64,000 nucleotides of DNA from the IMG/VR virus record IMGVR_UViG_3300032282_002789; one strand, given 5' to 3'. Source of the stretch: an uncultured virus (IMG/VR IMGVR_UViG_3300032282_002789) (lineage: Duplodnaviria > Heunggongvirae > Uroviricota > Caudoviricetes). The notes beneath the pieces are model-generated. The model worked only from the letters and a program-made list of their open reading frames with translations. It had not been told where the DNA came from and searched no databases. Numbering within the stretch: the stretch's first letter is position 1; each line of letters opens with the position of its first letter. The position numbers were made by a program, and so were the translations under genes. This document shows positions 58,117-64,000 of this stretch, piece by piece.

Positions 58117-59614
58117 ACTTATATTTTCAGGTACAGAGGTTGGGTCCAACCGTACTTTACTAGAAGGTATGAATGTTGAGTTAATGGGACTCAATTATTG
58201 GGGTCTTCGTAAACGTGGTTTACCAAAAACAAAACTATGGCTTATAAGTGAACATTTTAATCCAGAAACTCAAGTATACATTGAATCAGGTGCTGCCCAA
58301 GCAGACAAGGCTGGGTTATCAAAAGAAGAGTTACTTGATCTAGCCGCAGACTATCAAGAGTTTTTAGTTAACAACGCAGACAGAGCCACGGCATTTCAAG
58401 AGTTTGATTCTATAACTTTAGGCTTAGATTGGGTAGAAAAACAACGCCCCTTTTTCAGTAACGATCCAAAACTATGGGTAGTATGGCATCAAGAGTACGG
58501 ATTACCAGCATTGAAAGAGATGTCTCAAAAGTACGGCAATGTCCTACTTCCTCACGATGAGATTGAAGAGATAACTAACTTGGCGGCGGTCACCAGGAGT
58601 TACTCAAAAGAGTTTGGAACTAAGTACCATGCCCTTGGATGTGCTAAGCCAGACAATCTGAGACAGATACCATTTGTCACTGCCAGCACATTGTCATGGC
58701 TATCGCCCATGAGAAGAGGGGAAACTATAATCTGGGATGGCACTAAATTAATTCGTTATCCAAAGAGAATGAAGGATCAAGCCAGACCTAGATACAAGGC
58801 AATTGTAGAGAAGGCTGGACTAGACTATTTGGCGTTTGTACAAGATAGTGCAGTGGAATCAACTAAGGTTGCAGTCTGGTCATATAAGCGATTAGAGGAA
58901 TCAATGGATAAAAAAAGCCCAAACTTTCATATTATAAATGGTGGTAAGGAAGAGAAGTTATCTGATAATAGTGATGAGTTGTTAACAGGTCTTATGGGAT
59001 TTGAGATCCCGTCATCTGATAACAGTGAGGTAGAAGTGCGGAAAGTTTCTGCTAATGAAGTGATACAAAGAGACCCATCAGAAGTTCAAAACTTACCTGT
59101 TTTTGGGTATAAGATGAAGACAGTAGTTGAAACTGATGAAGAAGGAAAAGATGTTCTTAAAGATGTTCCAATTATTAATAATCAACACTCGTCACTTCGT
59201 CAATGCAACACTTGCTTTGTTGCCTCGAATTGTCCTGCTTTCAAGCCTGACAATAGTTGTGCTTTCAACCTTCCTGTCGAAGTAAAGACTAAAGATCAAC
59301 TAAAGGCTTTACTTAACGCAATTATTGAAATGCAGGGTCAAAGAGTGGCTTTTATGCGTTTTGCAGAAGAAATGAATGGCGGATATGCTGACCCCAATGT
59401 ATCCCAAGAGATTGACCGTTTGTTTAAACTTGTTGGTAACTTAAAAGAGTTAGAAGAAAATAGAGAGTTTGTTCGTATTACAGCAGAGCGTCAAAGTTCT
59501 GGCGGAGTTTTATCTGCCATCTTTGGAGATCGTGCACAAGCACTTCGAGAGTTACCTGATACCTTAAAAGAAGATACAGTAACAAAAATTATTCAGCAAT
59601 CTATAGAAGAGTAG
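58109..59614 (+). CDS. divergent TGT/DpdA-like barrel + Cys4 cluster + helical C-terminal domain
   Basis: IESGA, EFD, VVWH, YHALG, PFVTASTLSW...RRG resemble TGT-like motifs; CNTC-x5-C-x8-C. Confidence 0.55.
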   Translation: MTKLIFSGTEVGSNRTLLEGMNVELMGLNYWGLRKRGLPKTKLWLISEHFNPETQVYIESGAAQADKAGLSKEELLDLAADYQEFLVNNADRATAFQEFDSITLGLDWVEKQRPFFSNDPKLWVVWHQEYGLPALKEMSQKYGNVLLPHDEIEEITNLAAVTRSYSKEFGTKYHALGCAKPDNLRQIPFVTASTLSWLSPMRRGETIIWDGTKLIRYPKRMKDQARPRYKAIVEKAGLDYLAFVQDSAVESTKVAVWSYKRLEESMDKKSPNFHIINGGKEEKLSDNSDELLTGLMGFEIPSSDNSEVEVRKVSANEVIQRDPSEVQNLPVFGYKMKTVVETDEEGKDVLKDVPIINNQHSSLRQCNTCFVASNCPAFKPDNSCAFNLPVEVKTKDQLKALLNAIIEMQGQRVAFMRFAEEMNGGYADPNVSQEIDRLFKLVGNLKELEENREFVRITAERQSSGGVLSAIFGDRAQALRELPDTLKEDTVTKIIQQSIEE

Positions 59615-59628
59615 TTATCTGATAACAG
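58957..59628. promoter_or_regulatory. three copies of palindrome GTTATC-T-GATAAC (operator/pac-like)
   Basis: 58957 GTTATCTGATAATAG; 59011 GTCATCTGATAACAG; 59614 GTTATCTGATAACAG. Confidence 0.55.
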
Positions 59629-59786
59629 CAGGTGGAGAGTAATGGATCATAGTGGAGACAACTTTACCCTTTCATCCCTGCTATAAGTAGTAAAGAAAGT
59701 TAACACATATGTGATAGGTTAACACCCGTCACAATACGCATTCCCATTGAGGGGTATTTGCATTCACGTAGAAATGGTAGGGGTCC

Positions 59787-61826
59787 ATGAGTCTTTTTTC
59801 TTTTAAGTTAGCCGAAGATTTTGTTACACCATATAAAGCAAAGAAGGCGCCATTTGGGTATCAAGATGCAGCAGGAAATTCGGTAGGTGAAATTACTTTT
59901 CTTAGAACCTATTCACGACTTAAGCCAGATGGTACTAAAGAAACATGGGTAGACGTCTGCGAGAGAGTCATTAACGGAATGTACTCATTACAAAAAGATC
60001 ATGCCAAAACTAATCGTCTTCCATGGTCAGATGCTAAGGCAGCCTCCTCAGCCAAAGAGGCATTTGATCGTCTGTGGAACTTGAAGTGGACACCACCTGG
60101 TCGTGGTCTATGGGTAATGGGAACCTCTATCGTTAACTCTCAACGTAACTCAGCAGCCCTACAGAACTGTGCCTTTGTATCGACCGCATCCATGACTAAG
60201 ACTGACCCAGCCAAGCCTTTTGCATTTTTAATGGAGGCTAGTATGCTTGGAGTTGGAGTTGGTTTCGACGATAAGGGCGCCGATAAAGACTTCACAATCT
60301 ATCAACCGCAAGAGGGGGAAATATATGTCATTCCAGATACCAGAGAAGGCTGGGTCGAATCAACAGCACTCTTACTTAACGCTTACCTACGCCCAGATTC
60401 TAAGTCTCCTGCCTTCGACTATTCGCTTATCCGTAAAGCGGGCGAACCAATCAAGACTTTTGGCGGAACAGCAGCAGGTCCAGAACCGCTCATTAAGTTA
60501 CATCATTACATCAATGGAATCTTCAAGCAACGTGCTGGTGAGAAACTTACCCGCACTGATATCGCTGATATTGGGAATCTCATTGGGGTTTGTGTTGTTT
60601 CTGGTAATGTTCGGAGGTCTGCTGAATTACTTATTGGTAGAATTGATGATCCTAATTTCTTAAATTTAAAAAATCCTGAAGCATTTCCAGAACGCAATTC
60701 TTATGATCCAGCAAACCCTGGCTGGGCATGGATGTCAAATAACTCTGTATCAGTTAATGTAGGAGATAATTTAGACACAATCATTGATGGGATTGCTCGT
60801 AATGGTGAGCCAGGAGTTGTATGGATGGATATCTCTAGAAAGTATGGCAGATTGGCTGATCCTGAAAACAATAAAGATTGGCGAATTATGGGGTACAACC
60901 CATGCGCTGAACAATCACTAGAATCATACGAATGCTGTACTTTAGTTGAAACTTATCTTAATCGACACGAAGATATAGATGATTTTAAAAGAACTTTAAA
61001 GTTTGCTTATTTATATGCAAAGACTGTGACATTGCTTCCTACTCACTGGGAAGAAACTAATGCAATCATGCAAAGAAATCGCCGTATTGGAACTTCTGTA
61101 TCTGGCGTTGCTAATTTTGCTGATAACAGAGGTCTTCCAACTCTTCGTCTATGGATGGATGAGGGGTATAAAGTTATAAAGACTTACGACAATACTTATT
61201 CAGAGTGGCTTGGTATTCGTGAGTCTATAAAAATGACTACCGTAAAACCAAGTGGAACAGTTAGTATTTTGGCAGGTGAATCACCTGGCGTTCATTGGAC
61301 TGTTGGTGGTGAGTATTTTAATCGTGCTATTCGGTTTGCTAACTCTGATCCAATGCTTCCTTTGTTTAAGTTGGCTAACTATCGAGTAGAACCAGCAAGC
61401 GAGTCTCCTGATACAACTTCTGTTGTTTTCTTTCCGATTAAATCACATGCTAAACGTTCTGAAAAAGATGTGAGTATTTATGAAAAGATGGCACTTGCTG
61501 CTACTGCACAAAGGTATTGGTCAGACAACTCCGTATCTGTAACTATTTCTTTTGACCCAGAAAAAGAAGCCTCTGCTATTGGTACGGCTTTGCATATGTA
61601 CGATGGACAACTTAAAACCGTGTCTTTTTTACCTTCTGGTAATACTACCTATCCTCAAATGCCTTATACCCAAATCACTGCTGAAGAATATGAAACAGAA
61701 GGAACTATGAAATTATTTCCAATTGATTTATCAGGTGTTTATGCTGGTATGGCTGCTGATGCTATTGGTGAGGCTTACTGTACAACCGATGCTTGCGAAG
61801 TTAGGTTAATTAAAGACAATCAGTAA
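59787..61826 (+). CDS. nrdJ: class II (B12-dependent) ribonucleotide reductase
   Basis: PPGRGLW, NCAF, GNVRRSA, NPCAEQ, TVKPSGT, C-terminal CTTDAC. Confidence 0.93.
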   Translation: MSLFSFKLAEDFVTPYKAKKAPFGYQDAAGNSVGEITFLRTYSRLKPDGTKETWVDVCERVINGMYSLQKDHAKTNRLPWSDAKAASSAKEAFDRLWNLKWTPPGRGLWVMGTSIVNSQRNSAALQNCAFVSTASMTKTDPAKPFAFLMEASMLGVGVGFDDKGADKDFTIYQPQEGEIYVIPDTREGWVESTALLLNAYLRPDSKSPAFDYSLIRKAGEPIKTFGGTAAGPEPLIKLHHYINGIFKQRAGEKLTRTDIADIGNLIGVCVVSGNVRRSAELLIGRIDDPNFLNLKNPEAFPERNSYDPANPGWAWMSNNSVSVNVGDNLDTIIDGIARNGEPGVVWMDISRKYGRLADPENNKDWRIMGYNPCAEQSLESYECCTLVETYLNRHEDIDDFKRTLKFAYLYAKTVTLLPTHWEETNAIMQRNRRIGTSVSGVANFADNRGLPTLRLWMDEGYKVIKTYDNTYSEWLGIRESIKMTTVKPSGTVSILAGESPGVHWTVGGEYFNRAIRFANSDPMLPLFKLANYRVEPASESPDTTSVVFFPIKSHAKRSEKDVSIYEKMALAATAQRYWSDNSVSVTISFDPEKEASAIGTALHMYDGQLKTVSFLPSGNTTYPQMPYTQITAEEYETEGTMKLFPIDLSGVYAGMAADAIGEAYCTTDACEVRLIKDNQ

Positions 61827-61852
61827 CCTTTTGGTGTTGCTTTGCCTTTTAC

Positions 61853-62188
61853 TTATGCTTTGCTCTGCTTTGCTGTTGCTTTGCAGTATTCTGCTTTATG
61901 AATTTGTATTTTGTCTTCAACTTTTAATAAAGGTTTAATGTCAATAATATTGTTAAGCACTACCTTTGTTATGGCTTGTTCACAAACAGAACAAACTAAT
62001 ACTAAGCACTCTGTTGTTGTGTAATCTTTTCTCCAACCCAAAGGAACTAATTCATCCCAGAATAATTCTTCTGTATATGGTTCTGGGTTTATTTGTTCAT
62101 GGTAGTAGTCTTTGTATTGTTTTTGTTTATGTTTTATATACCCTTGATTTAGATCGTTATAAAGATCTACAAACTGTTTGCTATCCAT
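61853..62188 (-). CDS. hypothetical protein with CxxC...H...C motif
   Basis: GGGGCGG upstream of ATG; CSVC...HKAEYC. Confidence 0.65.
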   Translation of the reverse strand: MDSKQFVDLYNDLNQGYIKHKQKQYKDYYHEQINPEPYTEELFWDELVPLGWRKDYTTTECLVLVCSVCEQAITKVVLNNIIDIKPLLKVEDKIQIHKAEYCKATAKQSKA

Positions 62189-62248
62189 ATCCGCCCCTAA
62201 CTAACTGACTAACTCTTCCTGGTTGCCAGGTAAGTTAGTTCTGAGATA

Positions 62249-62272
62249 GCCCCACCATTTCTGATGGGGCTT
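62249..62272. terminator. stem-loop between minus-strand genes
   Basis: GCCCCA.CA...TG.TGGGGC inverted repeat. Confidence 0.45.
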
Positions 62273-62314
62273 CTCCTATTGCTTTGCTTTACTGTGCTTC
62301 TGCTATGGCTTTTG

Positions 62315-62944
62315 CTATTGCTTTGCTTTTACTACAAGGAACTTATCCATTAACTGTTCAGTCTTTGGGGTAATTCCGTGCCAAGCATTCCAATTTTTGC
62401 CACCATCACTCATGTAATAAGCGATAGTTGCATTGACCACAGGGTTGAGCAGTTCGGCATTAGATTTTAATCCAAACTTATCTCTACGAGATTGACCTAA
62501 CTCTCCAAGCATATTTATTTGGAACATGCCCCACGAGTTATCGCCTGTGTCTATATTTCCATTGTGAGCGAGAGGTCGCCCATTACTTTCTTTCTTAGCG
62601 ACTGCCCATGCTTCTTTAAGGTCTTCACCTTTGAAGCCTACGGCTTGTAGCAACTCGACCAATTCAGTATCGGTCAAAGTATTAACATTCTGATACTTTT
62701 TCAAAGTTGCTTCTCTCTTTGTTTGTTGAACTATTTGCGCTTCGGCTTTGGTTGGCGCAAAGGCTATGGAAGTTCCAAATGCCATTGAACCAGTTGCTAG
62801 GATCAAAATGATCCCACCTACTCCTAGTGCTTTTATTTTTGCTTTGGCTCGGCGGTTTTGCTCTGCCATTACCTTTGCTGATGCTTTTGCTATTGCTTTG
62901 GCATCTGCTTCGGCTCTGTTCATTATCTTGTTTTTCATCATCAC
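62315..62944 (-). CDS. membrane-anchored lytic transglycosylase (SLT/lysozyme-like)
   Basis: transmembrane segment; AVAKKES, GMFQIN, LLNPVVNA, WNAW. Confidence 0.85.
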   Translation of the reverse strand: MMMKNKIMNRAEADAKAIAKASAKVMAEQNRRAKAKIKALGVGGIILILATGSMAFGTSIAFAPTKAEAQIVQQTKREATLKKYQNVNTLTDTELVELLQAVGFKGEDLKEAWAVAKKESNGRPLAHNGNIDTGDNSWGMFQINMLGELGQSRRDKFGLKSNAELLNPVVNATIAYYMSDGGKNWNAWHGITPKTEQLMDKFLVVKAKQ

Positions 62945-64000
62945 TCCAAATAGCCATTGGCACTTTCAGATGCCTTTGACTGGTGTGAACGAAGGCGGTG
63001 TAAATACCGCTCTGTCGTCTTGATCGATTGATGCCCTAATCGCTCTTTTACTTCATGAACATCTACGCCGTTCTTTAATAACTGCGTAGCGTTGGCATGT
63101 CGTAAATCGTGAGTTCTAGGAAACCACCCGATTGCGGACTTGGCTATTGCTTTGTTCCAACTTGTTCTCCATACATCACGAGGCATGTGGCTCATATTGT
63201 TGATGAAACTCCCTTGCTCTTGCTTCTGCTGATGCTTCTGCTTTGCCTTACGGCTTCGGCTTCCTACCTGCTTTGCTTCTGCTAGTGCTTCTGCTTGGGC
63301 TTTGGCTTTGCGGTAGTTTCCTACTGCTTGCCTACAACCTTCGCATCTACAACCCCCATGTGTATAGGAGTAAAGAGTTCCATGCTGGAACTGTTTTCCG
63401 CCCTTCTCGAATGGTCGAGAGGGCTTTGCGCCTTGTGAACCTATTATTTTACTTGGAGTTATCAGTATTGTTCTTGGGAACATCAGATCATCTTTTGCTA
63501 TGCCTTTTGCTAGGACATACGCTTTTAGTTGCTGTAATAGGGCTTTACTTATCATTATGCTTCGCTTTTGCCCCGACTTTGTGGCATCTACAACTAGAAA
63601 TCTCTCGCCTTTGTTATACGCTTTGCCTAGATCACTAACTCGCCTTTGAATAAATATCTCGCCAGTTTTGAAGTTAATGTCTTTTGCTCTTACTTCTGTG
63701 GCTTCCCCATAGCGACACCCACTTGCTACTAGGAACTGGGCAAATAACTTTGCCCCTTCGGTTGGTAGGTGCTTTACAATCTCCTTGAACTCGTCAGGCT
63801 CTAATACATTGGAAATATCGGCATGATTAAGTTTGATCTTAATTCCATGAGTAGGATTAATTTCCACTTTTCCAGCACTAACTAACTTAGAAAACATAGA
63901 GCCAAGAGAGGCTTTAACTTGATTGAGCGTTGCGGGCTTAACGCCACTTAGTTTTAGATCATCAATTAACTTCACTAAGTCTGAAGGCTTCAGGGAAGTT
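62941..64000 (-). CDS. tyrosine recombinase/integrase (5' end outside the window)
   Basis: SGCRYGE, HDLRH, LGHQSIKTTERY; frame stays open to the window edge. Confidence 0.92.
   Translation of the reverse strand, partial: TSLKPSDLVKLIDDLKLSGVKPATLNQVKASLGSMFSKLVSAGKVEINPTHGIKIKLNHADISNVLEPDEFKEIVKHLPTEGAKLFAQFLVASGCRYGEATEVRAKDINFKTGEIFIQRRVSDLGKAYNKGERFLVVDATKSGQKRSIMISKALLQQLKAYVLAKGIAKDDLMFPRTILITPSKIIGSQGAKPSRPFEKGGKQFQHGTLYSYTHGGCRCEGCRQAVGNYRKAKAQAEALAEAKQVGSRSRKAKQKHQQKQEQGSFINNMSHMPRDVWRTSWNKAIAKSAIGWFPRTHDLRHANATQLLKNGVDVHEVKERLGHQSIKTTERYLHRLRSHQSKASESANGYLE

Noticed and set aside
58109..59614. Calling this a functional DpdA with 7-deazaguanine DNA
   Set aside because: Both presumed catalytic Asp positions appear substituted and no preQ0 pathway genes are in the window
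59690..59786. NrdR box or cobalamin riboswitch upstream of nrdJ
   Set aside because: The CACATATGTG palindrome does not fit the 16-bp NrdR consensus well; the leader is short and shows no B12 box
1..64000. tRNA genes, introns/inteins, alternative genetic code, terminase large subunit
   Set aside because: No cloverleaf or T-loop noticed by eye; polA, dnaB, recA and nrdJ are of normal length and uninterrupted; genes tile densely under the standard code; terL presumably lies outside the window

Overview
The window is a 64-kb segment of an AT-rich tailed phage with a contractile (myovirus-type) tail. The host is probably an actinobacterium, judged from WhiB, an actinophage-type SLT and leaderless TANNNT promoters; a low-GC freshwater lineage is plausible but inferred. 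Layout: 1-33.7 kb is morphogenesis (portal, scaffold, N4-gp56-type major capsid, three proline-poor collagen-like fibres, an inverted four-gene glycosylation-type cassette, a run of tiny Lys-rich genes, sheath, tube, chaperone, tape measure, baseplate). 33.7-50.8 kb is replication and recombination (HTH initiator, DnaC-like loader, DnaB, primase, SNF2 helicase, SSB, PolA, RecA, WhiB, several nucleases). 50.8-59.6 kb holds many small orphan genes and ends in a nucleotidyltransferase / degenerate HAD / degenerate TGT(DpdA)-like module. A class II RNR follows, then on the minus strand an SLT and a tyrosine recombinase cut by the window edge. Best leads: the NTase-HAD-TGT-like operon with repeated GTTATC-T-GATAAC palindromes; the collagen fibres next to a GT25 cassette; an acidic peptide heading nine basic microproteins, two of which have HypB-like CxxCGC N-termini; a start-less chaperone frame that needs a +1/-2 frameshift; and shared short leader peptides in the orphan genes. 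All family assignments come from reading motifs by eye; no searches were run.
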